The notes: generated by a model from the letters alone, not told the origin. A DNA stretch of 64,000 nt from Eledone cirrhosa (GCA_964016885.1 OZ024742.1:53134001-53198000); one strand, 5' to 3'; positions 40,545-55,276 are shown, counted from the stretch's first letter. Translations and numbers: made by a program.

Positions 40545-40925
40545 ATTCCTTTGTCAGTGTTGAACAAACGAGCAACGATGGTTACTAGACACTACGGCTT
40601 AATACGGGATGTTTGTTTACAAACACACCGAGCATTATAATAAATGTTCGGTGAATCCATACGTGCATATATGTATATGTGTGCATGTATGTATATATAT
40701 ATACATACTACTGTACGTCTGTATACATATATGTATGTACGTGTACATACTTATATTTAAGTAACAGCCGTACTAAGAGTGCGAAATGAAATTTCGTTTC
40801 ATTTTTTCCGTTTATCGTTTTCGGTGCACCCGGCCGATTAACCCACTCGATATGCAAATTGGGCTACTCAGCCGTTAATATGCATAAGGTAAGTATATAC
40901 GTTCAACAATCTGGCAGGAAGGTAT

Positions 40926-40968
40926 ACGTTGCTGACGATAGCTAATAAGCTTGAAACTAGTACAGCGT
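40926..40968 (+). ncRNA. Minimal hammerhead ribozyme, family B, tandem copy 2
   Basis: acgttg-CTGACGA-tagctaataagctt-GAAA-ctag-TA^cagcgt, 422 nt after copy 1. Confidence 0.75.
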
Positions 40969-41574
40969 TCCTTTGTCAGTGTTGAACAAACGAGCAACGA
41001 TGGTTGCTAGACACTACGGCTTAATACGGGATGTTTGTTTACAAACACACCGAGCATTATAATAAATGTTCGGTGAATCCATACGTACATATATATATGT
41101 GTGCATGTATGTATATATATATACATACTACTGTACGTCTGTATACATATATGTATGTACATGTACATACTTATATTTAAGTAACAGCCGTACTAAGAGT
41201 GGGAAATGAAATTTCGTTTCATTTTTTCCGTTTATATATATATATAAGCCTTATATATCTTTTATTGGGCTGATAGTGTTCAGATTAAGGAATTGCAGAA
41301 ACCCAAGAAGCTAGATTTAACATCATTCTAGCGGGTCCGGGTAAGTTTTACATTCATTTAATTTATTAATTTATTGATATTTTATTTGAGTGACCCGAAT
41401 CATCCTGGTCGTTTATTTTCGGCTGCATGGGTGATTTTAGGCATGACCTCTATGTGTTGGTATTTTAACGATAGTTATAGCTCTGATTTTTCCAAATTAT
41501 TGAGCCCTCTGCCACATATATCGGATATTGTTTATCGTGATTTCGTGGGCTGAAATTCCGATTCTCGATTATTC

Positions 41575-41616
<42 letters not shown>

Positions 41617-41834
41617 TGACCGTAATTTTATTTTTAATTGACACACTCATAAGCGCAATGCATTTTACTATGTTAGTCATGTTACTTCAATAACTTCTTT
41701 ATCCAGTCACAAGTTGCTGGGTTCTAACCCTACATTTGTCCCTGTAAATAGTTATTTCTCCAAAGTTACTAGTAAAGTTAGTCCTGTATATCATTTGTAC
41801 ATATATGCTGCACATTTATTTATAGTAGTGGAGG

Positions 41835-41975
41835 AGTAGGGCTACTGACTGCGAGATTCATATCTTCACTTGCAGCTCGCCTACAGAGGTAACCGGCGAG
41901 GGCGCTTGTTTGTTCCAGCGCATCAGCCTAGCCATCATCCGAGGTAACACTGCGAGTGTCCTGGCTTGCCTAAAA
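41835..41975 (+). mobile_element. CRE-like non-LTR C-terminal fragment
   Basis: LFQRISLAIIRGNTASVL motif. Confidence 0.6.
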
Positions 41976-42626
41976 AAAATTCTTAGAGAAGTTTCACAGT
42001 GCTCCTCGCGATACTGTTATCTTTTACTTTGGTAGCGGCTCGGTTGTCCACCCCTTTCACCTGCCTTTTGTTGTATGTGGTCCCAGATGTGTGTGTGTTT
42101 TTTCTCTTTCTTTTTTTTCTTTCGGTGAAATTGGAAATGGGAGGGTAAAACAAGTATAACGTTTTATTTATTTATTAACTCTTTTTTTAAAAACTCATTT
42201 AACATAATAAGCTTTCACGCATGCGCAGTAAGGACCAGCCTTCGCCCATGCGCACTTCGGACCAGACTTCGCCTATATATGTCTATGTATGAATAGAGAT
42301 ATTTGTGTGTGTCTGTTAGATGTATTATTGCATTTCATGAATTACGAAGAATGTGCAAGTACTTCACCCAGGGAGGATTAATAATAGCTTCACTAACTTC
42401 AGAAGACGATTTGTGTGTGGTGTGGTATGTATGTATGTGTGTGTGTATATATATACGTGTGTGTCTGTATCAGACATAATTTATATGCTGCTACATTTAT
42501 ATATATCTAATCAATGTGCGTACAACAGTTCTTAATCTAAACTATAATAAAGTAAGAAGCGCGGGACTGAGTACGGTTTATAATTTTGTATCCCCTTAGT
42601 AAAATAAGTTGGATTACTTTGAATAA

Positions 42627-42812
42627 ATAATTGTTTCTACTTTTTGGTACAAGGCCAGCAATTAATCAGTACATTACTGGTACTTTATTTTATCGACCCC
42701 ATAAGGATGAAAGGCAAAGTTAACCTCGGCGGGATTTGAACTCAGTTCGTAAAGGGACGTAACTGTGCTGCAAAGCATGGCGTCTGACCCTCTCCCGATA
42801 CTGCCAATCCAC
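42627..42812 (-). mobile_element. Nin-domain SINE with target-site duplication
   Basis: Flanked by tgaataaataat direct repeats. Confidence 0.82.
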
Positions 42813-43123
42813 CACCATTGAATAAATAATGAATGAATATTACATAATTTGTCTACTAAATTTCGTGGCTGTTCATTAAATATATTTTATTACTTATTTA
42901 AAGATTCACTTCTTTAAAATTTTCAAATGTCAACACTTCCGCTTAGCGATCGTTTAAATAAATATTCATATATTTCTGTCACTAATTTTCTCCTAATGCA
43001 GTTTATATATAATATCGTCTTTTTTAATGTATCATGGATTACGTTACTGATTACATAAGACAGTGTAACACAGTATTCGTTCAATTTCTGTGTATATTGT
43101 CAATTACGATTTTATTTGATCAT

Positions 43124-44185
43124 ACTAGCAGAGGTACCCGGCGTTGCTCGGGTATTAAATAGCAGTTGTGTATACCATTTATGTCAATACTTCAGTGCTG
43201 CTTCGAAAACTATACTTTTACAAAATCATCGGTTTTTTCCAAAAGGAGTTTCCTGCCCCCAGGGGTCCCCTACTCAATATGTGCCAATTCTGAGAGTTCA
43301 CATTCATCTGTAGGACAAACGTAGCCCATGTGTCAAGTTTTGTGAAAATCGGTTGCGAACTCCAGAAGTTATGACGTTTTGTTGCATTGCACTGCAGTGC
43401 TTCAGTCGACTCCAAGAAAGTGGTTAAAGGGGGTTATCTGCCGGGAGGCCCTATAATCAATATCTGGAAAAATGAAAGTGCCCATGACCATCCGGAGTAC
43501 ATAAGTAACCTGTGTCTTAAGTTTGGTGAAAATACTGTCGAAATGCATAAGGTTTATACAAACGCGTGTGTGTGTGTTTATGGGTGTGTATGTATTTGTG
43601 TGTGCGTATGTATGTGTATGTCCGTCGGAGCATACGCATGTATTGGCCTAAATCTTCAATATTTACTTTTACTATTTTAATAACCTCTGTCATTTTAGTT
43701 TTCAATTTTTTTTACATCATTCTTAAACTCAGGGGCTGGAAATCATTCTGTTATGTTAAATAGAATATTAGTCTAACGACTCCATTTATACCATAAACTT
43801 GGTCTTGTCTTTGCATGAAATTGTTCTTCTCGGGCCACATAACGACGTATTATCCTCGCTTTTTTCCGTTCATTATACCAGGGAACGTCTTCACGAACCA
43901 AAATATCGTCTTCCTATTTTCGTTCGGTTGGAACGTTTCTCGAAATATTTACTTCTGCGTTCAGATTACTCTCAGTTCAATTTGAATGGGAAATTCCTGT
44001 TTCATCGATTTTCTCCGTAACCATGGAAGCTTGTACCCTAAAAGTCGACCCAACGACTTCTCGGGTCATTCTGCATAACTGTGTAAATTTTCGCTGCATT
44101 CCACCAAGCCATTTCGACGTTTATCCGACTACACCTACTTACTTAAATATACAACGTCCGACCACTTCCAATTTATATAGTAGAT
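43124..44185 (+). mobile_element. Helentron/HINE-like element
   Basis: Same 5' ~730 bp as the 7380 copy, different 3' part ending 'atttatatagtagatt'. Confidence 0.65.
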
Positions 44186-44915
44186 TTACATGCGTATAAT
44201 ATCAATAGACACACTACACATGCTAGCAGATATATAATATCGTCTTCTTTTAATGTATCATGGATTACGTTACTGATTACAGAAGACGGTCTTCGTTCAA
44301 TTTCTGTGTATATTGTCAATTACGTTTTATTTGATGTATCATATCTACATGCATATATACTTGCGTATAATATCAATATACACACCACACATGCTAGCAG
44401 AAAACCATCCGAAGGGTGATTTTTCTGCTAGTCATATTAAATGAGTTAAAAAAAAAAGAGTTGATAAATAAATAAAACGTTATACTTGTTTTACCCTCCC
44501 ATTTCCAATCAAACCAAACGCTATCATGACTGTATGTGTGTGTTTGTGTAAATGTATATGTGTGAATGTATGTATGTTTGTGTGAAAGTATGTGTATTTG
44601 TGTGAATTATGTCCGTGTGTATTTTTATAAGTTTGTGTTTGCGCGATTATAGTTATATACTCATTATAGTTATATACTTATACATATAGATGTATGTATG
44701 TGCACACTCATACGCGTCAGTGTGTAGAAAATCATCTCCCTTTCTCTCTCATCACACACTCTCTCTTTCTATACATATGGTAGTTGAAGTGGTGGTGGTG
44801 GCGACGATATACCGGAAGTGCAACTTTGAAAAGAAGTCAATTTTAGATTATTTATTTTTACGAAATTATGTTTAGGAAATTTTGCACATAAATTATGTAA
44901 TATTCATTCATTATT

Positions 44916-45096
44916 GGCAGTATCGGTAGAGGGTCGGACACCATGCTTTGACGCATAGAGTTACGGCCCTTGCCATTCTGAGTTCAAATCCCGCCGAGGT
45001 TGACTTTGCCTTTCATCCTTACGGGGTCGATAAAATAAAGTACCAGTAATACACTGGGTAATTTGCTGGCCTTGTGCCTAAAGAAGAAACAATTAT
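44916..45096 (+). mobile_element. tRNA-derived Nin-domain SINE (dominant family)
   Basis: ggcagtatcggtag (A box), gagttcaaatccc (B box), gcctttcatccttacggggtcgataaaataaagtaccag (Nin-like core), AT-rich tail. About 20 copies or fragments in the window. Confidence 0.85.
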
Positions 45097-45517
45097 TTAT
45101 TCAAAGTAATCCAACTTATTTTACTAACTGGATTAAAAGAAATAAACCGTACGCAGTCCCGCAGCCCTTGCTTTATTATAGTTTAGATGGTTACAGAACG
45201 AAAACACTAACAAATATCTATATATCTAAAACAGAGAATGCCTGTCTGTCTGACTCCCAAAAACTCGAGAACCACCCAACCGATTGTTTTCAAACGTTAC
45301 ACATGTAATAATTATGGTCCTGTGAGTGTTTTGAGCAAAATATTTCAAATTTTCAATGCCCTAGGAATCGTATTAGGCGATTTAGCGATCTCTCTCTATA
45401 ATTCTTAGTCTTTCTTTTTAGATAGATACATAGATATAACGTTGCGCCCTTACAATATCTGCCTGCATTACGACATTATGACGCTATATATATATGTGTG
45501 TGCGTGTATAGTGTATA

Positions 45518-46587
<1,070 letters not shown>

Positions 46588-46771
46588 TGTGTAACGTTTT
46601 TCGAAATATTTACTTCTGCGTTCACAAATTATATTTTTTGGGTTTCAGAAGATCCCGTTAAGGGTGAAAGCAACGATTCCGCTACTTCTCCGAATTGAGA
46701 GATCATAACTTCAATATTATCAGCATATGGTTAGAATGTCTCAGTAAAGAATCGCCTGACATATAATAAAT

Positions 46772-47896
46772 AATTATTGTGGGTAATGTGGTGGGTAAAA
46801 TGATTATTGTGGGTAAAGTTGTGGGTAAAATGATTATTGTGGGTAAAATGGTGGGTAAAACTAATGATGGTGGTAAAATGATTATTGTGTGTAATGTGGT
46901 GGGTAAAATAATTATTGTGGGTAAAATTGTAGGTAAAATAAAAAACGGACCCACAAATAAAAAACGGACCCACACCCATTAAAAAAGGGACCCACAAATA
47001 AAAAATGGATGACCCCAAATAAAAAAACGGATCCCTTCCAAATAAAAAAGGACCCCTTCCAAAATAAAAACGCCCCCCCCCCTCCCAATAAAAAACGGAT
47101 TATGGTGGGTAAAATAATTATTGTGGGTAAAATAATTATTGTAGGTAAAAGAATAATTGTGGGTAAAACTAATTATTGTGGGTAAATGTTGGGTAAAATG
47201 ATTATTTAGGGTAAAATGGTGGGTAAAAACTAATTATTGTGGATAAAATGGTGGGTAAAATGATTATAATGGGTAAATTGGTAGGTAAAATAATTAGTGT
47301 GGGTAGAATCGTGGAGTTGGGTAAAACTAATTATTCTGGGTAAAATGGTGGGTAAAATGATTATTGAGGGTAAAATGGTGGGTAAAACTAATTATGGATA
47401 AAATAGTGGGTAAAAATATTATAGTGGGTAAAATGGTAGGTAAAATAATTAGTGTGGGTAGAATCGTGGGTCAAAAGTTGGGTAAAACTAATTATTGTGG
47501 GTAAAATGGTGGGTAAAAATGATCGTTGTGGGTAAAATGATTATTCTGGGTAAAATGGTGGATAAATAGGTGGGTAAAACTAATTATTGTGGATAAAATG
47601 GTGGGTAAAATGATTATTGTGGGTAAATGGGTAGGTAAAATAATTGGTGTGGGTAGAATCGAGGGTCAAAAGCTGGGTAAAACTAATTATTGTGGGTTAA
47701 ATGGTGGGTAAAATGATTATTGTGGGTAAAAATGGTGGCTAAAATTGTAGGTAAAACTAATTATTGTGGATAAAATGGTGGGTAAAATGATTATTGTAAA
47801 ATAATAGGTAAAATAATTAGTGTGGGTAAAATGGTGGGTAAAAAGGTGGGTAAAAGGTGGGTAAATTGGTAGATAAAATAATTATTGTGGGTAAAA
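46772..47896. repeat. G-rich GGGTAAAA minisatellite
   Basis: Mixed 18-nt (gtgggtaaaatgattatt) and 12-nt (gtgggtaaaatg) units, interrupted at ~46940-47100 by C-rich ggaccc..aaataaaaa units. Confidence 0.9.
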
Positions 47897-48095
47897 ACCG
47901 TCCCTGGTCTTCACCTCTACACGAAGCGCCAAAACCCAATAGAGCTTGGCGACCCAGCAGGGATTATCGCCGTCTTAAAAGTATCTCACCCCACTGCTAC
48001 TCCATTCTGCATATACAAGGCTTCTCGGTTCAGTTAGCAGGGCGCTCGATTTTCTCCAAAATCTACCTCAACCGAGGTTATCATCAATTACCTGT
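47896..48095 (+). mobile_element. Ty3/gypsy reverse transcriptase fragment
   Basis: PWSSPLH.APKPN.AWRP..DYRRL..YSI.HIQ.FS..LAG.SIFSKI.L.RGYHQLPV. Confidence 0.85.
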
Positions 48096-48235
48096 ACTAG
48101 ATGATAAAATGTAAATACAATTTAATACAAAAAGACAAAAGAAAATTTAGATTGAGAAGAAAGAATGGAATGTAAAATAAGAAAATATAAAAAAAACGGA
48201 AAAAGAAAGATATGGCAAGGGCTCTAGTAATAATA

Positions 48236-48411
48236 ATAATGATTTCTACTATAGGCACAAGGCCAGCAATTTTGTGGGAGGGAAAGTCGATTATATCGAC
48301 ATCAGGGAGTTACTGGTACTTCATTTTATCGACGCGATTTGAACTCAGAACATAAAGGGCCATAACTCTATGCCGCTAAGCATGTTGCCCGACACCCTAC
48401 CGATTCTGCCA
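48236..48411 (-). mobile_element. Nin-domain SINE, internally deleted
   Basis: Head and tail match the family; part of the core is missing. Confidence 0.75.
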
Positions 48412-48414
48412 TGA

Positions 48415-49078
48415 TAATAATGATTTCTTTATTCACCACAAGGGTTGATATTAAGAAAATATTAGGACGGAAACAAAGTTTGTGGGGGGAGGGGCTTGTA
48501 AACAGATTTATATATAGTAAAATGAAAGATAATGAAAAATTAAACAATGGGAATTCCGCAATTGGGGGGAGACATTTGAGGGCTGCTCGTTGAACCCCCC
48601 CCCCCCATAAAACCATAGGTGCTGCTCTGATCTCTAGAGGAAGTGCCCTGTCACAGTTGTCCTCCTCCAATCTACAGGCGCACATACAGAGCGGGCCTAT
48701 TTACTAGGGCCATTCTCGTCTCTCTCATCCACCTTACAACGAACTGCTTGGAAAGCAGCACTTCCTTCTCTACCCTGATTTTTGTCTTGACGTGAAACCT
48801 GAAAAAGTTAATCAGGGGTTTGCCGAAAATGAAAATGCTGGTCTTCAACCCTTTCAAACGTGTCAACCATATATCCTCTTTCACCATGACCACCTAACAA
48901 ATAATACAGCTTGCCTTCCTGACTAAAGGAAAGTGGTGGGTTGATTTTCACAATGAACTCATCTGATAGCCGGATTCGCTCCACACACAAAAGCAAGTAT
49001 TCGACATAAACCCAGAAGTCAGCATTGCTCAGACACTGGACGAGTGCATGCAGGACCGTTTCGTCTCCCTGCGCGCAT
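48415..49078 (-). mobile_element. Tx1/L1-like LINE 3' fragment
   Basis: CAQGDETVLHALVQC knuckle, IWLTR, F..RW, 3' UTR; related copies at ~49270-49540 and ~50240-50575. Confidence 0.7.
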
Positions 49079-49262
49079 AATAATTGTTTCTACGTTTGGC
49101 ACATGGCCAGCAATTACCCAGTGCATTACTGGTACTTTATTTTATCGACCCGTAAGGATGAAAGACAAAGTTAACCTCGGCGGGATTTGAACTCAGAATG
49201 GCAAGGGCCGTAACTCTATGCGTCAAAGCATGGCGTCCGACTCTCTACCGATACTGCCAATC
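49079..49262 (-). mobile_element. Nin-domain SINE
   Basis: Near-identical to the copy at 15223. Confidence 0.85.
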
Positions 49263-50616
49263 CACTAATGATGATGATTTCTTAGTGACACGGGGCTCAC
49301 ATTAAGGAAAACATTAAGAACGGCACAGGACAAAACATTGAGTGTATGTCTATGTCGGCGTGTGAGTTTTGCGTGTAAACAAATTTAATACAGGGAGGTA
49401 TCAATAAAATATTAATAATAAGTATTCCTCAATAGGGAGATGAGTCCGAGGGCTATTCGTGGAAAAACACCTTAAAACCACGGCTGCCCTGGTCGCTAGG
49501 CAAGTGCCCCCTCTCAGTTCTTCAGTCCCGATTTACAGGCGTATACGTATAGCGATTGTTTGTTGGTCGATGTTGGTAGTGGATTGTGTTGTGGCGTTGA
49601 TTCGTTTGTTGTGTGCGTGCTCAGTTGTAACTTGTGTCGTGTGGTCATTGTTGTGTTGTACAGTGTGACTAGAGGTTGCATGTGTGCAGGTAAGTGAGTA
49701 AATGTTCAATAAGATGATGATGATCTGATAGTTCCTTGATCACGCAGAATATGAATATATATAAATGAACCACGATGACACCAAACCACTATATTTTTAA
49801 TTTATTGAAAATAACTCACGTCGGAGCTATACTAAAAATACACTGGGGTTATGTACGTTATTTGTTTGTTTGTAAAAGTAGAATTAAATTGTATTTACCA
49901 AGAAAACTTCATGAACTTCACTGTCTTGGCTAAGAGAGAGACCAAGAGATAGAGATTGAGTGAAAGAGAAAGAGTAAGAGAAAGTAAGAGTCTGTAAGAT
50001 CAGGAGAGAGTAAAAGTCTGTAGACCCCAAGGGACCTGTAGAAAGCAAATGTTTTACATCGTTACTCTATCAGAAACTGCTCCGAACTCACTTTTGCTTG
50101 GTCTAAGAACCACAGGGGTGACCTCGAGAGATCGCCCACGCACAGACTTGTTTACGCCAAAAGTGACCGTTCAATGACACCCAGAGGTCAAGGTGTGGAC
50201 AGATTTCGCTACATACTCATGGCAGAACCGTTCACTCGGACCATGCTTGTCCCTCTCGTTCACCTTTCAACAAAATGGATAGAGGGCAACACTACCCTCC
50301 CCACCCTGATTTTCCTCTTCAAGTGAAACTTGAAGTTGATGAGAGATTTACCAAAGAGGACAGTGTCCACCATACAACCTCTTTCGGCATGGCCACCAGG
50401 CATATAAAAACTGCCTATCCTTCCTGGTTAAAGGAAGGCGTCGGGTTGATCATCACCGTGAATTCAGTTGATAGCCGGATCAGTCCTGCATGTAACAGCA
50501 GGTGTTCGACATAAACAAACAAGTCAGCAATGCTCGGGCACTGAACAAGTGCGTGCAGGACGATTTCGTCGCCCAACAACAACAGCAGGAGCAACAGCAG
50601 CGGCGGCGGCGGCGGT

Positions 50617-50675
50617 GAAGAAGAAGAAGAAGAAGAAGAAGAAGAAGAAGAAGAAGAAGAAGAAGAAGAAGAAGA
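50617..50675. repeat. (GAA)n microsatellite preceded by CAA/CAG/CGG triplets
   Basis: Directly visible; replaces the 5' part of a LINE fragment. Confidence 0.9.
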
Positions 50676-51840
50676 AACCAGTCCCATGAACAACACAAGA
50701 ATCTCTAAAGTCAGTGAACTTGCGTTGGCGGCATTTTTTCTTTTCTTTATTTCATTCTTTTTATGTATGCTTGTAAGGCAGACACATCCCCACATATTGA
50801 CAATCAATAGAAAGAGAATATCGATCCGTATAGAACATTCAATTTTCTTCCTTTCGTCTGAAGATGCCAGTCACTTCTATTAAAAGCCTACTTGAAACGG
50901 ATTAGAATAAATACAAGTATGTGTCTAGTACTAAAGACAGACACTTGCCCGCTAATTCTAGGAGTCAATAAAACTGTTGTAGACATTTAATTAGTAATTC
51001 CTTTTATTTCAACATAACTCGGCTGCCAAAGTCATGGGAAATAGTCTTATGATGTAATATAATTCAAGGGTTATGCTCACACACACACACACACACATAC
51101 ACACACACGCACATAATATATATATGTACATATATAACGGCTCCTAGTATAGCGTGTTGGATGCTGGGATGAGATCGTGGTGTGTTGTAGTATTGCTTAG
51201 TTGTGTGGTTCCACTTGTGTAAAATGTAGGCGAAAGAAGATTGGTGTGCCTGATATAGTGTGACCAGAGAATACAGGTGTACAAGTAAGTGTGCATTATG
51301 ATGATGGTTTCTTGAGTAAGTGATCTACTTTGATCCTTTGATCACAAAGGAAATAAAATATACCGACCACAATAACACAAAGCTGCTATGTTACTAATTT
51401 ATGAAATGTAACATTCGTCGAAGTTATACAACAATACATAAAGCACAAATAAACACAATTGAATTGTGATGTGTATTAGGCATTATCTGTATGCGTGTTT
51501 GCTTGCAAAAGTATTATCAAAAATGTATTTACCAAACATCTGTTAGTGCGATGAATTTCGTTGACCTATCAGCGAGAAAGAGACCCGAAAGGGTCTGTGA
51601 GAGACAGTCGACCATTACATTTCAGATGGTCGGTAGAAACTCTGCAACTGCCCCGCAGTTTTTGTCCCCTCAAAAAATCTCTAGTTGGGTTGTTTCTCTA
51701 GAGATGGTCTAGAGTCTAGACTAACTAGCGCTAGTTTGAGACAAAGAAAAACCGAACATCTATGTGCCACAGGTCAGCAAGTGGTCGCACTGGCCTACTT
51801 TGCCAAGTGGTCCACTTACTGTACCTTAATACCTAATGCC

Positions 51841-51935
<95 letters not shown>

Positions 51936-51938
<3 letters not shown>

Positions 51939-52470
51939 TCGTCGTTGTCGCTCATCGACATTTCCTTCTGTGCGAAATGAGTCCTCTGCTGGATCTGAAG
52001 AGACGTTCGCAACCACTGCATGATAGAGTAGGAGGATTCAGGGGATGGAAAGCTCTGGATTTTCTTTGGACTCTCTTCGTCTCTTCTATTTGCCTTCTGG
52101 TGTTTTCAAAGGATGCTGTCTTTTTGTGGATTTTTCTTCAATTGGTTCTTTCTGCAAGTTCCGTCTCCCAATTGACCGGATCGATTTCCGTCCTCAACAA
52201 GGTGTTTTTGAGCTGGTCCTTGAATCGACGATGTGGGTAGGCGGATACCTGGCATTCGGGCAAGGTATCCAGCCCATCGAATTCGGTGGTGAGTCATTAT
52301 GGTTTCTAAGCTCTCCATCTTTGCGCGGAGGTGAACTTCGTTGTTAGTGATCCAGTCCTGCCACGAGATCCGTAGGATTTGATGAAGTTTAATTTGATGC
52401 GTTCAACTTTGTTGACGTCTCTTCGATAGAGTACCCAGGGCTCACAGAGGTACATGAGTGTTGAGATATG
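51936..52470 (-). mobile_element. RTE (BovB-like) LINE 3' fragment
   Basis: TLMYLCEPWVLYRR..RISWQDWITNNEV..RIRWAGYLARMPGIRLP; tail abuts (CA)n. Confidence 0.8.
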
Positions 52471-52824
52471 TATATGTATATATATACTTCATTTTTGAAT
52501 TTGTTTTGCAAGATTTCTTATCTGAAAATGTGTGTTGAAACATATATTGTTATACTTTGGGAGGGTCATGTTTCCAATAAAATCACACGCACTTGTTGGA
52601 TATTTTCACTTCAATTTATTATAAATTTCGTGTTGGTTGGTCAATAACCGGATGTTTTTTTTTATGTCTTGTCAAAGCTCTTTCGTCACACATTTTGTGA
52701 CCTCCTCAGTGACTGATTTGTTATTTTGTATTTCTCCTTTCTTCTGTCCTACTCCATCTTGTTTTTTGTGTGAACACCAACAGGTGCGTGTGTTTTTAGT
52801 GGCAGCGTGATCCTCCGAAAGTAT

Positions 52825-52898
<74 letters not shown>

Positions 52899-53250
52899 CC
52901 ATTTTCGTCAAATCGGACCGAGGAAACAATGTTTTCGTCGGTCTTTTCAGTTGCTAGTACTATCTATCAGTCGCAACTCCATGTAGAAGGAGCAACGTGA
53001 AAAAAAATATATATATTAAAGTTGTTAAAATGCAAAAATAGAAAGTTTGTGTGTACTATATATCCCGTTGTCCCTGCCCTCTCTTTCTCCCCCTCTCTCT
53101 CTCTCTCTTTATATATATATATATGTATATATATATATAAATATATGTATATATAAATATATGTATAGTATATATATATATATATGTATATATTTATATA
53201 AAAACGTAAAATAAGAAAATTATAGTAATTAGCTTACTTACTTAAATTTC

Positions 53251-53333
53251 ACTCCAACTAATTAGTTTCTGAAAGGGAATATACATAGTCTCCAAATGGA
53301 GATCATGGAGAAACCTTTTCTTCATCAGGGAGT
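53251..53333 (-). ncRNA. Type-I hammerhead ribozyme, family C
   Basis: Minus strand: actcc-CTGATGA-agaaaagg..ccctttca-GAAA-ctaattag-TT^ggagt. Confidence 0.8.
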
Positions 53334-53912
53334 CATTCTCAGCTAAGATACCTGGTGATGCGCGGACACAGGGAACTTTTACAAAAATAATTCAGTGGAT
53401 GGAACTAAATTCCAAGACACTGAAAATCACTGCCTACTTGGTCGGTAGCAAATTCAAAAGAATCAATCACGTGACATCGAGGTTAATCAGTGAGGAGTGG
53501 GGATGTTAAAAAGACAGTAGCCCGGCTAATACTATGAACTATAGTAGTAATTTAGGCAAATTTTTGCTCAACAAAATAATTTGGAGATAATTATAAAGAA
53601 TTAGTATATCTACCAACATATATATACAGATGTATACCTATGCAAGCAAATATATAGGTTTTGTCTTAGTAACTTTGTGGTTCAATGCAAGGGGATGCAG
53701 AACAAATATATGACAAACGTAAAATAAGAAAATTATAGTAATTAGCTTACTTACTTAAATTAGCTTACTTACTCCAAATTGAGATCATGGAGAAACCTTT
53801 TCTTCATCAGTGTCTTGGAATTTAGTCCCCGCTTGCTCTTTTCCATCCACTGAATTATTTTTGTATAAGCTCCCTGTGTCCGCGCATCGCCAGGCATTCT
53901 TAGCTGAGAATG

Positions 53913-53995
53913 ACTCCCTGATGAAGAAAAGGTTTCTCCATGATCTCCATTTGGAGACTATGTATATTCCTTTTCAGAAACTAATTAGTTGGAGT
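53913..53995 (+). ncRNA. Type-I hammerhead ribozyme, family C
   Basis: actcc-CTGATGA-agaaaagg..ccttttca-GAAA-ctaattag-TT^ggagt, with palindromic stem III. Confidence 0.82.
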
Positions 53996-54175
53996 GAAAT
54001 TTAAGTAAGTAAGCTAATTACTATAATTTTCTTATTTTACGTTTTTCATATAATTGTTCTGCATCCCATTACATTGAACCACAAAGTTACTAAGACAAAA
54101 CCTATATATTTGCTTGCATAGGTATACATCTGTATATATATGTTGGTAGATATACTAATTCTTTATATATATATA

Positions 54176-54344
<169 letters not shown>

Positions 54345-55038
54345 CACTTTCTTTTTACCCCCTCTGCCAGTCACTCTCTCAGTTAGCCTCTTCCTCACAC
54401 TTTCACTCACTCACTCTCTGCTACTCCCTCTCCATCACTTCCTCCCGTTTGACCTGCGTGAAATCCTTTTCTCGCTCACATTTCACCCAGGTTGGAATGT
54501 CTTTATCTCTCGTCTACGATTTCACAGAACTTAAGTTCATCGATTTCAGGGACTTGACTCCTTCTTCCTCAATTTTCGTTGCATTACCATCTTTGTTTGT
54601 TTACATGTCTCGCTCGTTTCACCCTATTTTACGTGTCCCAACGACTTTCTTTAGCCGTTGCTCGCACCAACCAGACGTATATGATCTTTAAAGCGATGAA
54701 ATACCAATGAAGGCTGGAAGATCACTGATGAACGGCTAATTTTATTCATATGTAACCCATTTGCAACCACGCAGCGCGCCATTTTTTCATATATATATAT
54801 ATATTCTAAATTTTTTGCGGGTGTTAGTAGGCGTCTGTCATCTTACCATCCCATTCCTACTGACTAGCCTCTGTGTCACGTGATTGATTCTTTTGAATCG
54901 GCCATATGACCAGTGGCAGTGAGAATTTTCAGTACCTGGAATCCAGTCCTCGACAGCTGTTCCATTTACCGAATTATTATTATTTTTATATGAGTCCCCA
55001 GTGTCCGCGCATTGCCTGGAGACTTGGCTGAGAATGAC

Positions 55039-55118
55039 CTCCCTGATAACGCAATGAAATTCTCAACAGTTCATTACGTAACTGTCTTTATCCCATTGCA
55101 GAAACTAATTAGTTGGAG
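55039..55118 (+). ncRNA. Degenerate hammerhead, family C (core CTGATAA)
   Basis: Same stems I and III as 53913, a different but still paired stem II (gcaatg/cattgc), and a G8A change in the core. Confidence 0.65.
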
Positions 55119-55182
55119 TGAAAATTTAAGTAAGTAAGTAAATTTTTTTTTAATTTTTTAAAAATTTTTTTCTTATTTTACG

Positions 55183-55271
<89 letters not shown>

Positions 55272-55276
<5 letters not shown>

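Larger units (their letters stand above)
40391..41234. repeat. Tandem duplication of a ~421-bp unit
   Basis: 40391-40812 is nearly identical to 40813-41234. Confidence 0.95.

Noticed and set aside
50850-50990. CTGAAGA followed by GAAA/AAAA and a local inverted repeat
   Set aside because: Stems I and III do not close convincingly.
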